The notes: a model not told the origin generated them from the letters alone. A stretch of 37,269 nucleotides of DNA from Gemmatimonadales bacterium (GCA_041615815.1 JBFJCP010000037.1:1-37269), one strand, 5' to 3'; counted from the stretch's first letter, positions 17,279 to 26,975 are shown. Program-made: numbers and translations.

Positions 17279-18085
17279 ATGCCTGAGCCCCCTGCCTGTC
17301 GGCGTTTGGGCCGGCACTGCCGCGAGCTCGGTCTGACGCTCCGCATCGCCGATCTTGGAGATGACAGTCAAACGTTGCAGGACGCCGCCGCCACGTGGCT
17401 CTTGGGGCACACCGAGCACATCACGTTCGGCCGCCCCTACATCCTCGATCACGAGCTCCTGGTGGACGCCACGGTCCACGTCCCCTGCAAGTACTTGAAG
17501 GTGGAACACGATCCGCGGCTGGCAGGCAACGGAACCGGTCGCCTCGCGCGCTGCACGGCCCACGGCTACTCGGGGCCCCCGCCCCGCAGCAGCCAGCCTC
17601 CTGCGCACCAGCGGCCCTCGATGCGCCCAAGACCCGCTACGTTCCATCTGCACTACAAGGGGCGCCCCCGCACCTTGCCTCTCAGGCTCAAACGGTCGGC
17701 GCCACGATCGCTGCCGGTGTTGAACGGCGACAACCCTTGCGCCACAGCGAAATGTCGAACGGCAGACAACAAACAGGGCGCCGCGTGCTGCCGCGATCTC
17801 ACCCTGGACCTCGCGCTGCCGAAGACCGCCAAACGTGTCGAGTCGCTGTTGCGAGCCCGCAAGTCGCCCTACCTCTGCAAGGTCTCCCGTATCGATGACG
17901 ATACGATGGAGTGTGAGGTCATCTCGGCCTGCGGCTATCTGGATCCGTCCGACGGCCTGAGTTGCGTACTCCACGACCGCGTCTTGCCCAACGGGCGCAT
18001 CGCCAAGCCCTCGATCTGCCGAGAGTGGCCCGATCTCGATGAAGACGAGGTCGCCCACCCTGGGTGTGCTTTGGTGGATGAATAA
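17279..18085 (+). CDS. Cysteine-rich YkgJ/CxxCxxCC-family (putative Zn/Fe-S) protein
   Basis: NPCATAKC...GAACCRDL, CGYLD...SCVLHD...KPSICREWP; a degenerate second unit N-terminally (PCKYL...RCTAH). Confidence 0.7.
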   Translation: MPEPPACRRLGRHCRELGLTLRIADLGDDSQTLQDAAATWLLGHTEHITFGRPYILDHELLVDATVHVPCKYLKVEHDPRLAGNGTGRLARCTAHGYSGPPPRSSQPPAHQRPSMRPRPATFHLHYKGRPRTLPLRLKRSAPRSLPVLNGDNPCATAKCRTADNKQGAACCRDLTLDLALPKTAKRVESLLRARKSPYLCKVSRIDDDTMECEVISACGYLDPSDGLSCVLHDRVLPNGRIAKPSICREWPDLDEDEVAHPGCALVDE

Positions 18086-18163
18086 GGCGGGATCGGCGGC
18101 GGACGCGGCGAGGCGGCGGGCCGAAGCAACAGCAATGCAACCAACCAGAAAGGATCCCGGACC

Positions 18164-19318
18164 GTGCCACGTCCTTCCCCTGCCCCGGAAATCGGGCCCG
18201 AAGAACTGGTGGCCACCGTCGAAAGTGGTGGCGGAGTCCAAGTATTGGATGTCCGCGCACCAGCGCGGCTTGCCACGGGCCGCGTGGAGATCGTCCCCGA
18301 CGAACGGTTTCACAACATTGTCGGATCCCAGCTCCTGAAAATCACCGACCCCCGGGCATTGGATCTCTCGCTGGAATTGCCGGTGACCGTGGTCTGCGGC
18401 AGAGGGAACGACAGCAAGGTCATCGCCAATCACCTCAACCGGCTGGGATTCACCGCGAAGTCGCTGCGGGGCGGGATACGGCAGTGGATGCAAGTGCTGG
18501 TTCCACGACCATTGCCTACCACCACCTCGCTCGACGCGCTCACCCAATTCGATCGACTCGGGAAGGGAGCGATGGGATATCTCCTGGTGAGCGCTGGTGA
18601 AGCGTTGGTCGTGGATCCGCCTCGCAACATCCAGCCATATCTCGATGCCGCCCGCACGGCCGGCGCCACGATCATCGGGGTGGCCGATACCCACGTCCAT
18701 GCGGACTACATCAGCGGGGCACCCGCCCTTGCCCAGTCACTCGCGGTGCCGTATTACCTGCATCCGGCGGACATGGTCTACCCATACGACGGAACTCCTG
18801 GACGGGTCGCGTTCGAGCCGTTGCATGACGGATCGGCAATCCACGTGGGACGCGCCACCGTCACCATAGCGCATACGCCAGGTCACACCGAGGGAAGCGT
18901 GACGTACCTCGTGGACGATGCCGCGGCGTTCACCGGCGACTTCGTGTTTGTCCGATCCATCGGGAGACCAGACCTTGCCGGCAAGACCGAGGAATGGACC
19001 ACCGCCCTGTGGGAGAGCATCCAGCGCGCCCGCCGTGCGTGGCCGCCTGAGCTCGCGGTGTATCCCGCGCACTATTCCTCCGAAGCAGAGCGCCGCGCCG
19101 ACCATTCGGTGGGTGGACGGTTTGGCGACCTGCTCTCGACCAACCCGCCGTTGACGATCGAGACCGCCGACGCCTTTACTGCCTGGGTGAGCCAGAAGAA
19201 AGCCGAGTTCCCAGACGTCTACCGTCGCATCAAGGCCATCAACGTTGGGCTGGAGGTGGTGGACGAGATCGAGGCCGAGGAGTTGGAGATGGGGAAGAAC
19301 GAGTGCGCGTTGGGGTAG
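18164..19318 (+). CDS. Rhodanese / metallo-beta-lactamase fusion (persulfide dioxygenase/YrkH-like)
   Basis: LDVR...VVCGRGNDS rhodanese loop; DTHVHADY, HTPGHT, GD, GRPDL, YPAH; C-terminal GKNECA. Confidence 0.85.
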   Translation: MPRPSPAPEIGPEELVATVESGGGVQVLDVRAPARLATGRVEIVPDERFHNIVGSQLLKITDPRALDLSLELPVTVVCGRGNDSKVIANHLNRLGFTAKSLRGGIRQWMQVLVPRPLPTTTSLDALTQFDRLGKGAMGYLLVSAGEALVVDPPRNIQPYLDAARTAGATIIGVADTHVHADYISGAPALAQSLAVPYYLHPADMVYPYDGTPGRVAFEPLHDGSAIHVGRATVTIAHTPGHTEGSVTYLVDDAAAFTGDFVFVRSIGRPDLAGKTEEWTTALWESIQRARRAWPPELAVYPAHYSSEAERRADHSVGGRFGDLLSTNPPLTIETADAFTAWVSQKKAEFPDVYRRIKAINVGLEVVDEIEAEELEMGKNECALG

Positions 19319-19344
19319 GAGGGTGGGGGCTAGCACCCTAGCCG

Positions 19345-20262
19345 CTAGAGCGGCATCGTGACCACCACCTGCCCCGCTACCGGCCGGCCTTCGAGGGTGC
19401 GGGCGGGGTAAAAGGTCCATTGGTACATACGCTCGAGCAGTTTCTTCCGGTACGATCCGTCGTCGATGGGCGGCTCGATCTCGACGTTTTGCACGCGTCC
19501 CCGCGCATCCACCCAGAACCGGATCTTGAGCTCGGTCCCCTTGAGGGACGACGGTGGATCGTCAAACGGAAACACCACGGCCCGGGGTTCGGGGGCCAGC
19601 ACCGCTCCACCCTCGCCGCCCGAGCCGGGGCCAGCACCGCTCCCCACCCCCGTGCCGCGACCGGTCCCCACACCACCTCCGCTTCCGGCGCCCGCACCGG
19701 GACCGGCACCCGCCCCCGATCCCACACCGAGTGTCTCGACGTTGATCGCTGGGCGCTCTGGTGGGGCCGTGGCGAGCTGCGGAAGCTCGGGAGAAACTTC
19801 CTTGAGCTCCACCGTGGGTGGTTTCACGACGACCTGCGGCTGTACGACGACGTCTTCCCGTTGCGCTGGCTGCTCGACGTTCGGCGGTGCCGGCTTGGCG
19901 GGCTCGGGCAGTGGGGGTAGCTCGAGGTAGCGCACCCGGGTTGCCCCACCGCCTCCACCACCACCACCGCCCAACGGCCCGGGACCACCGATCGCCTTCT
20001 CGTAGCCCTCGAGCACCTGATTACCCGCCACTAGCATGAGGACCGCGATCGCCGCGTGGGCGAGCACGGCCAGCACCACTCCAGAACCGAACCGGCGATC
20101 CACGCGAGGGAGCCGCGCTGTCGGGGTCCGCGGAGGCGTGTGTGGACGCTGCACAATCGGCGGTGTCGTGGGGCGTGCCACCCCCTCGGGATCGAGCGGT
20201 GGGGCCCTCCGCGGTCTCGCGGGGAAGAGACGGAGCCGTCCACCCGCGAGTTCGCTGAGCAC
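19345..20262 (-). CDS. TonB-like energy transducer (start uncertain, about 20154-20262)
   Basis: Single TM helix with His (LAVLAHAAI); Pro-rich and Gly-rich linkers; C-terminal IRFWVDARGRV...WTFYPARTLEGRPV. Confidence 0.7.
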   Translation of the reverse strand: MLSELAGGRLRLFPARPRRAPPLDPEGVARPTTPPIVQRPHTPPRTPTARLPRVDRRFGSGVVLAVLAHAAIAVLMLVAGNQVLEGYEKAIGGPGPLGGGGGGGGGATRVRYLELPPLPEPAKPAPPNVEQPAQREDVVVQPQVVVKPPTVELKEVSPELPQLATAPPERPAINVETLGVGSGAGAGPGAGAGSGGGVGTGRGTGVGSGAGPGSGGEGGAVLAPEPRAVVFPFDDPPSSLKGTELKIRFWVDARGRVQNVEIEPPIDDGSYRKKLLERMYQWTFYPARTLEGRPVAGQVVVTMPL

Positions 20263-20287
20263 GTCGTCCCGTGGGCGTCCGTTGGAC

Positions 20288-21397
20288 TCAGCGCCGCCGG
20301 ATCTGTTCCCGTAATCGATCATACAGCGAGGGTTCCAGCGCATACACGCGCTCGAAGGCTCCCACGGTGGCGCTCTCTTCGGCCCCGACGGCGTCCAGGA
20401 ACACTCGGCGGTACCGCGCGGTCTGCGTGGGAGCGTAGAAGTCGAGAATCAGTGAGCCACAGCGTACCGCCAGCGTACGCTCCAAATCCTCGCGCTCGGC
20501 GGGATCCTCCGAGAGGCTCGCTCGGAAGCGCGCGTCGATGAGGAGGAAGCAGAGCTCCTTGAGAAACGCGAACGTCGCTGCCTCCGGGCGCTGCGTCATC
20601 AGGGGTAGCTGTACCGCCACAACTTGATCGTCCGGATCGAACTGGTCGATCTCCACAATCCGACCCTCCGGACCCAGCGCGGGCGACGGCATGACGATCC
20701 CTCCACTCAGGCGCCGGCGATCCAAAAACGGCTTGAGATACGGCCAGAGCGCCGAGTCCCAGAGCGCTTGAATCCCGTCGTACAGCGGCTCTACCTCGGT
20801 CGCGCGTTGGTGCCAATACTCCTCGTAGAAGACCTTCCATTCTTCTTCCACCGCGTTCACGAGCGACTCGAGCACCCGCCGCGTCTTCCCCTTCTGGAAC
20901 GCCCGGCTGAACTGGAACGCGCCCAAACGGACGTCGCGGCCGGTCAGCGCCGTATCGTTGGTCCTGCGTTTGGCCACGGCTCGCAGCGCGCGGAGCATTC
21001 TGCCCGGCTCGGCTCGCGGGAAATAGAGCGGCGCGAAGTGGAGCGTGGCCAGATCCGGGTCCTCGTCGAATGCCTTCCGGAGTTCCGTGGCCAGACTGTC
21101 TAACATCGTGGGAAACACCCCACGCTCCTGCTTGATCTCACGGATTCTGCGTGCGTAGTCAGCACTGTACAGTCCCAGCGGACCGGGTTGATCCGCCTGG
21201 ATCACCGCCAGGGCATGGAACCAGAGATCCGTCTGAGAGGCGCGCTTCACCTGCCAGCCCGCCGGTTGCGATTCTCGCGCTGCAACGCTGTCCTTAGGAG
21301 GCAGGCTATCCTGTACGGCTAGACTGTCTTGGGCCGAGAGTGGCGCCACTCCGGCCACGACCGTAGCGATCAGAGCTGTCGTCAACGTGCGTTTCAT
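20288..21397 (-). CDS. Hypothetical secreted protein
   Basis: Sec signal (MKRTL...LSA-Q); GAGGAGGG upstream; 369 aa, no family recognised. Confidence 0.75.
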   Translation of the reverse strand: MKRTLTTALIATVVAGVAPLSAQDSLAVQDSLPPKDSVAARESQPAGWQVKRASQTDLWFHALAVIQADQPGPLGLYSADYARRIREIKQERGVFPTMLDSLATELRKAFDEDPDLATLHFAPLYFPRAEPGRMLRALRAVAKRRTNDTALTGRDVRLGAFQFSRAFQKGKTRRVLESLVNAVEEEWKVFYEEYWHQRATEVEPLYDGIQALWDSALWPYLKPFLDRRRLSGGIVMPSPALGPEGRIVEIDQFDPDDQVVAVQLPLMTQRPEAATFAFLKELCFLLIDARFRASLSEDPAEREDLERTLAVRCGSLILDFYAPTQTARYRRVFLDAVGAEESATVGAFERVYALEPSLYDRLREQIRRR

Positions 21398-21662
21398 CGC
21401 TTGTCTCGGTCCCTCCTCAGTATGCGCCTTTCCCGTTCAGAACCCGCTGTGCCGCGACCGGGTTTCCGTATCCCGGTGGAACATCTCAAGATAGGGGGTA
21501 AGGCGCCACCCCGCCCCTCCGTTCCTCCGTGGAGGGGGCAGCAGCGGCCCTCTGCCCTTTACCCCCTTCCCGTACCCGCCTGGCCTCCCCCCGTTCACTC
21601 CTCGATGTGCAACTCCCAGGCCTCCAGACGTCCTCCAGGGCGAGCACAGACGGAGAGGACTC

Positions 21663-23876
21663 ATGCGCACGGTGTTTGTCTCGATCGCGGCCCTCCTGAT
21701 CGCCGCCCCGCTGGCGGCGCAGGGTTGGATCGAACCGGCTCCTGGCCGGCCTGATTTTGGAGTTCGCAAGACTCGGACGGTCGTGTCTGTTCGGGTCATC
21801 GATCGTATTGCCCATGTGGAAGTGGAGGAGTGGTTTCGTAACGAAGGGGGAGGGCTTGGAGAAGGTGACTACATCTATCCGCTGCCCGGCGAAGCCGTCT
21901 TCAGCAATTTCTCCCTGTTCCAGGGAGACGAGGAGCTACGGGGTGAGACGATGGACGCCCGTGAGGCACGGGCGATCTATGAGGAGATCGTGCGACGCAA
22001 GAAGGACCCGGCGCTGATCGAGCTCGTTGGGCACGGCCTCGTCCGAGCCCGGGTCTTCCCCATCAATCCAGGCGACACGCGCAAGATTACGCTGCGGTAC
22101 ACGCAGTTGCTCGAGCGGGCCGGCGATGCGCTGCAACTGCGATATGCCGCAGGGGGGCGGTTTGGGATGGGAAGGACTGAAGGGGGGACCACGCCCAGAC
22201 CCATGCCCGAGGATGTCCCACTCACGTTCACCGTGACGGCGCCCGGTGACGTGTTTGGCGAACCGTTCTCTCCCACACACCGCCTGCGTGTCACGGACAC
22301 CGATCGACGGCTGACGATTCGTCCGGAGGACGACCTCGTAGGGGATTTCGTCTTGCTCCTGCCGCTCGTCAGACCGGTGGTCGGGATCTCCGTCGTGGCG
22401 CACCGGCCAGTGGGTGAGGACGGATACTTCATGCTCACACTCTCGCCCGGTGCGGCGCGGGGATCGATTCTCCCGCGTGACCTCACCGCGGTGGTGGACG
22501 TGTCGGGTTCCATGTCCGGCGCCAAGATCGAGCAGGTCCGGGAGGCCTTGCGACAGCTCCTGGGTTCCCTGGGGCCCAACGACCGGTTCCGGCTCGTGGC
22601 GTTCAGCAATCGTGTGCGTGCGTACCGCGCCGAATGGACCGCGGCCAGCGCACGGGAACGCGAGCGGGCGCGGGAGTGGATCGACAATCTGCAGGCGAAC
22701 GGTGGCACGAACATCGAGGGGGCACTGGCCGAGGCGTTTCGCACGGAGAGTCCCGAGGACCGTCTGCCGATCGTCGTGTTTCTGACCGATGGCCTCCCAT
22801 CGGTGGGTGAGCGCAATCCCGAACGGATTGGGGAGCAAGCCGAGGCACGGCGTGGGAACGCACGGGTCTTTGCGTTTGGCGTGGGGTACGACGTGAATAC
22901 GTATCTGCTGGACCGACTGTCGGCGGCGGGCCGGGGGACCACCGAGTACGTGGAGCCCGGCGAGGGTGTCGAAGACGCGCTCGGCACCTTGGCGGCCAAG
23001 ATCCAGCATCCAATATTGGCCGATCTGCGGATCGGCACTGCACCGGTGGAGCTGGACGAAGTCTACCCGCGGGAACTCCCGGATCTGTTTCTCGGAGAGG
23101 AACTCGTGGTGTTCGGTCGGTACCGCCCGAGTCGCCGGCAGGCAGGTGAGCTCGTGATCACGGGGTCGCGTAACGGGCGACCGGAGCGATTCGGCACCAG
23201 GGTGCGCTTCCCGGCAGACGAGCCGGGGAACGACTACATCCCCAGACTGTGGGCGTCCCGAAAGATCGGCGAACTTTCGCGCGAGATCCGGCTCCGAGGT
23301 CACAACGCCGAGCTCGAGCGGGAGATTCGCGAGACGGCCCTGCGGTACGGCCTGCTCAGCGAGTATACCTCGTACCTAGTACAGGAACCGCTCGACAATG
23401 ATCGCGTGGCACTCGGCGCCGGGTTGCCGAGCCGCCCGGGCCGACGCATGGCGGCGCCAGCGCCGGCCGCGCCCGCGGAGGCCACCGGGGCCCTGGCAGT
23501 CGCGCAGTCCGAGGAGGCACGAATGCGGCGGGAAGCCAAGACGAGTGCGGATATCGCCGTGGCGGAGGACGAGGTCCTGAACCGCGGACACTTCGGTCAG
23601 AGCCGCCACGTCGCGGGGCGCTTGTTCCGGGAGATTCAGTCCACGTGGACCGATCTCCGGCACGAAACGTCGCAGCGCACGGTGCGCGTCGAGAGCTTCA
23701 GTCCGGCCTATTTCGCAGTGCTTCAGGCCCTACCAGAGCTCGAGCCCTATCTGAAGGCGTTCGACCGCGTCGTGGTCGCGGGTGAGCGGGTGAGCGTCTT
23801 GGTGGGTCCCGATGGCGATCGAGAGTTGTCCGAGCGGGCGCTCGCGCGAATCGTGCGGGAATTCAGGGGAAATTGA
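21663..23876 (+). CDS. Secreted VIT + von Willebrand factor A domain protein
   Basis: Signal peptide; VIT segment (EGDYIYPLP...YEEIVRRKKDPALIE); MIDAS DVSGSM, GGTNI, FLTDG; RLWASRKIG, LLSEYTSYLV. Confidence 0.9.
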   Translation: MRTVFVSIAALLIAAPLAAQGWIEPAPGRPDFGVRKTRTVVSVRVIDRIAHVEVEEWFRNEGGGLGEGDYIYPLPGEAVFSNFSLFQGDEELRGETMDAREARAIYEEIVRRKKDPALIELVGHGLVRARVFPINPGDTRKITLRYTQLLERAGDALQLRYAAGGRFGMGRTEGGTTPRPMPEDVPLTFTVTAPGDVFGEPFSPTHRLRVTDTDRRLTIRPEDDLVGDFVLLLPLVRPVVGISVVAHRPVGEDGYFMLTLSPGAARGSILPRDLTAVVDVSGSMSGAKIEQVREALRQLLGSLGPNDRFRLVAFSNRVRAYRAEWTAASARERERAREWIDNLQANGGTNIEGALAEAFRTESPEDRLPIVVFLTDGLPSVGERNPERIGEQAEARRGNARVFAFGVGYDVNTYLLDRLSAAGRGTTEYVEPGEGVEDALGTLAAKIQHPILADLRIGTAPVELDEVYPRELPDLFLGEELVVFGRYRPSRRQAGELVITGSRNGRPERFGTRVRFPADEPGNDYIPRLWASRKIGELSREIRLRGHNAELEREIRETALRYGLLSEYTSYLVQEPLDNDRVALGAGLPSRPGRRMAAPAPAAPAEATGALAVAQSEEARMRREAKTSADIAVAEDEVLNRGHFGQSRHVAGRLFREIQSTWTDLRHETSQRTVRVESFSPAYFAVLQALPELEPYLKAFDRVVVAGERVSVLVGPDGDRELSERALARIVREFRGN

Positions 23877-23977
23877 GATGCCTGCGAGGCCGCTTCCGCT
23901 CCTAGTGCTGCTGCCGCATCTGCCGCCAGCTTCCAGCTTGGCGGGCGGCAGGAGCCGCAGATTGGACGACGCCATCG

Positions 23978-23986
23978 TGCTAGACT
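23978..23986 (+). promoter_or_regulatory. Extended -10 element, probably giving a leaderless ECF sigma mRNA
   Basis: TGcTAGACT lies 7 nt before the GTG at 23994; no SD present. Confidence 0.5.
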
Positions 23987-23993
23987 ACACCCC

Positions 23994-24497
23994 GTGACCG
24001 TCGACTGGGCGCAGGTGTACCGCACGCACTATTCGGAGCTCGTCCGCTTCCTGCACCGCAAGGTGTGGGATGTGGACCGGGCTCACGATCTTGCACAGGA
24101 GGTGTTTGTGCGCGCGCTAGAGCACGAGCCGGAGAATCCCCGGGCATGGCTGTATACCGTGGCCGCGAACCTCGCGAGGGACGAGGCCAGGAGCGAGATC
24201 CGGCGACGGAGACACCTCAGACTCATCAAGGCCGAGGCGCGGACGGTGGAGCGCTCCGACCCCGCACGGGACATGGAGCGGGCCGAGCGCGACCGTCGGG
24301 TGCGAGGCGCCTTGGAGCGTCTGAGTGAACGTGACCGAGAAGTGTTGCTGTTGTGGGATGCCGACTTGAGTTATGACGAGATCGCGAGCCAAACGGGATT
24401 GTCGCGAAAAGCAATTGGCACCACGCTCGCCAGAGCGAGGCGCCGCCTAGTAGACGCGTATGACGCGTTGGAGGAAAAGCATGTCGCACGTGGATGA
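23994..24497 (+). CDS. ECF RNA polymerase sigma-70 factor
   Basis: Region 2 DLAQEVFVRA...AWLYTVAAN; region 4 LSERDREVLLL...SYDEIA...TTLARARRRL. Confidence 0.93.
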   Translation: MTVDWAQVYRTHYSELVRFLHRKVWDVDRAHDLAQEVFVRALEHEPENPRAWLYTVAANLARDEARSEIRRRRHLRLIKAEARTVERSDPARDMERAERDRRVRGALERLSERDREVLLLWDADLSYDEIASQTGLSRKAIGTTLARARRRLVDAYDALEEKHVARG

Positions 24498-25605
24498 GGG
24501 CATTCTCCACGCCTATGTGGACGGAGAATTGACGGATGCCGCCGAGCGGCGGGAGGTGGAGCTCCACCTCGAGGGATGCGAGACGTGCCGACGAGCGCTC
24601 GCGGACGCTCGGACCCTCCGAGACAAGGCCACCGGGATCTTACGGGATTCGGCGCCGGTCGATGGCGCCGCACCTCCGCCCTTTGCCGCGATTCAAGAAC
24701 GAGCGGCGAAGCGAGGGGGGCGTGGCGCCGTTCGTCGGCTGACGCGTCTGCAGAGTTGGGCGTTGGCAGCCACGGTCGTGCTGGCTGTCGGAATCGGCTC
24801 TGTGGTCGGGTTGAATGTCCGCCGTGCGGAGACCGATGCCGGGCCGTTCGAGCAGATGTCGGCCGCTCCCGAAGACGCGCGCCGCCTCACACTCAATGAA
24901 TCGGAGGCCGACGAACGCCGGGCCGATCGTTTTGCCGAGCAGGAGGCGCCGCCTCCGAGCCCGGCCCGCCCCTCTGCGACACCGGAGTCGCAGGCGATGG
25001 TCGCAGGTGGGCGTGAGCGCAAGGCCCTGCCCGCCGACGAACCGGCCGGCGCGCCCGCGTTGGGCCGCACCCAGCCCACCGACCAAGACCGACGCGGGCT
25101 CGCCTCCGTCGCCAACGCCGCTCCCCCTGGTGCGGCCGACTCCGGTACCGCCGAGGTGCGCACGCGCGTCGCCGCCCCAGTCGCAGCGCAGGACGCCGTC
25201 GAAGAGCGCCCGGCTCAAGAAGCCGTCGCCAAGTTGACGGTCGTCCAAGCCCCGCGCGAAGACGTTCCATGGACGGCGGTCAGTGAGGGTGCCGCTCGAG
25301 CGACGCTGGGAGGACAATTGGCGACCCTCGCGGGGCTGCCGGTGACGGGATACGCGCTCCGGTCCGTGGATGGGCTATCCCAGGTGCGTGTGATGCACGA
25401 GACGGAGGCCGGTGAACTCGTTGAGCTGATTCAGTGGCGGACGGCCCAAGACTCGCTACGAAACGGAATGGCGGAGTTCCAGGGTGGGGAGGTGGCTCGG
25501 GACTCGCTCACGACCGTGACCGTCCGCCATGACGACTTGACGATCGTTGCCCGGGGAATGTTGTCGAACGAGACGCTACGGCGCCTCCTCCTGCGCATCC
25601 CCTAG
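24481..25605 (+). CDS. Zinc-binding (zf-HC2/ZAS) anti-sigma factor
   Basis: ATG 24481 with GGAGG RBS, overlapping the sigma gene; LHAYVDGEL...HLEGCETC; one TM helix; low-complexity linker and C-terminal domain. Confidence 0.88.
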   Translation: MSHVDEGILHAYVDGELTDAAERREVELHLEGCETCRRALADARTLRDKATGILRDSAPVDGAAPPPFAAIQERAAKRGGRGAVRRLTRLQSWALAATVVLAVGIGSVVGLNVRRAETDAGPFEQMSAAPEDARRLTLNESEADERRADRFAEQEAPPPSPARPSATPESQAMVAGGRERKALPADEPAGAPALGRTQPTDQDRRGLASVANAAPPGAADSGTAEVRTRVAAPVAAQDAVEERPAQEAVAKLTVVQAPREDVPWTAVSEGAARATLGGQLATLAGLPVTGYALRSVDGLSQVRVMHETEAGELVELIQWRTAQDSLRNGMAEFQGGEVARDSLTTVTVRHDDLTIVARGMLSNETLRRLLLRIP

Positions 25606-26613
25606 TCGGCGGAATCGGATCAGCTCGGCTACCACGGCCACGGCGATCTCCGCCGGCGTATCGGCACCGATTTCCAACCCAATGGGCGACCGTACTCGAG
25701 CAAGCGCGTCGGGAGACACACCGCTAGCTGCGAGCGTTCGCCAGATGACGGCACGCTTGCGCTTACTCCCGAGCATGCCGACATAGCCGGCAGCCGTGCC
25801 AGCCGTGCGTTCCACGATGAAGGCGTCGTAGGAGTGCCCGCGGGTCGTCGCGAGCACGAAATCGTCTTCGTCGAAGTGGAAGCGGTCGAGCAGGTTCCGA
25901 AAATCCTCGACGACGACTTCGTGTGCCCAGGGCACTTGATCCCGATTGGCGAACTCTGCCCGATCATCCGTGATGACCACCTGAAAGCCCGCGCCCGCGG
26001 CGACCCTGGCGATTTCGGCCCCCACGTGACCCGCGCCAAAGATGATGACCCGGGGTACCCGGCGAAGCCGCTCAACCAGCGTGCCCCGCTCCTCATCGAG
26101 GAACACCTGCTGCCGGCGGTGGGCGATGGACGTCTCCGGCACCGGAAGGTGGTCCCCCACGGCCACGACGTCGCTCCCCACCACCGCCGTCTTCCGAGCG
26201 CCCGCGCTCCAATCGATACCGGTCATGACGACCGTGGGCGTCCGAGCCGCGAGTCCGGATGCCACCCGGCCATACAAATCGGCCATGGTCTGGACCAGCG
26301 GCTCCAAGAAGAACTCAGCGGTCCCGCCGCACGAGAGGCCGATGTCGCCGGCGACATCCGCGTTGAGGGTGTGCCGCACAAACGCCGGCGCTCCGGCATG
26401 CGCCGCCGTCAGCGCCTGCTCGGTCACATCCGCCTCGACACAACCTCCGCCAACGGTGCCCCATCGCCGCCCATCGGTGGTCACCAGCATCTTCGCATCG
26501 CTAGCCATGGGTAGCGACCCCCGTTGGCGGGATACGGTGGCAATGGCGGCCACGACGCCGTCAGCACGGGCCAACTCGCTCGCGGCCCGCCACACCGACT
26601 CCCGGGATTTCAC
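25576..26613 (-). CDS. xdhC: XdhC/CoxI family molybdenum-cofactor insertion chaperone
   Basis: GTVGGGCVEA, GLSCGG, IFGAGHV, TRGHSYD, YVGMLGSKRK, PIGLEIGADTPAEIAVAVVAEL. Confidence 0.92.
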   Translation of the reverse strand: MKSRESVWRAASELARADGVVAAIATVSRQRGSLPMASDAKMLVTTDGRRWGTVGGGCVEADVTEQALTAAHAGAPAFVRHTLNADVAGDIGLSCGGTAEFFLEPLVQTMADLYGRVASGLAARTPTVVMTGIDWSAGARKTAVVGSDVVAVGDHLPVPETSIAHRRQQVFLDEERGTLVERLRRVPRVIIFGAGHVGAEIARVAAGAGFQVVITDDRAEFANRDQVPWAHEVVVEDFRNLLDRFHFDEDDFVLATTRGHSYDAFIVERTAGTAAGYVGMLGSKRKRAVIWRTLAASGVSPDALARVRSPIGLEIGADTPAEIAVAVVAELIRFRRLGDAQEEAP

Positions 26614-26957
26614 GAGGGCAATTCCTCGAGGCGCGCCACGGCGCGACGAAGATGCGGGATCACGATCGAGCCACCCACGACAAGGGCAACGGAGAATGCT
26701 TCGTACAGTTCATCGTCGGAGGCCCCCTCTTCACGGCATCGTACCAGATGGTAGGTAATACAATCATCGCAGCGGAGCACCATGGATGCCACGAGCCCCA
26801 TGAACTCTTTGGTCTTGGTATCCAACGCTCCAGACTGGTATGCCCGCGCGTCCAGGACGAAGAACCGATTGATGGTCAGGTTGCCGGCCGCATGGATGGC
26901 TTCGTTCATCTTTTCCCGGAAGTGACGAAACTCCGGGAGGGATTGGGATTGGGTCAT
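26610..26957 (-). CDS. Carboxymuconolactone decarboxylase / AhpD-like protein
   Basis: GALDTKTKE...LRCDDCITYH (CxxC-H), VVGGSIVIPHLRRA; stop overlaps the xdhC GTG. Confidence 0.9.
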   Translation of the reverse strand: MTQSQSLPEFRHFREKMNEAIHAAGNLTINRFFVLDARAYQSGALDTKTKEFMGLVASMVLRCDDCITYHLVRCREEGASDDELYEAFSVALVVGGSIVIPHLRRAVARLEELPS

Positions 26958-26969
26958 ATATCAGAGAAT

Positions 26970-26975
26970 AGTATA
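26970..26975 (-). promoter_or_regulatory. Putative -10 box for the AhpD-like/xdhC pair
   Basis: TATACT on the minus strand, 12 nt upstream of ATG 26957, in an AT-rich patch with no SD. Confidence 0.45.

Noticed and set aside
17135..18700. 521-aa minus-strand ORF
   Set aside because: Overlaps two motif-bearing plus-strand genes; shadow ORF.
19590..19990. G/C-rich repeats in the TonB-like gene as a DNA element
   Set aside because: Explained by codon repetition in Gly- and Pro-rich linkers.
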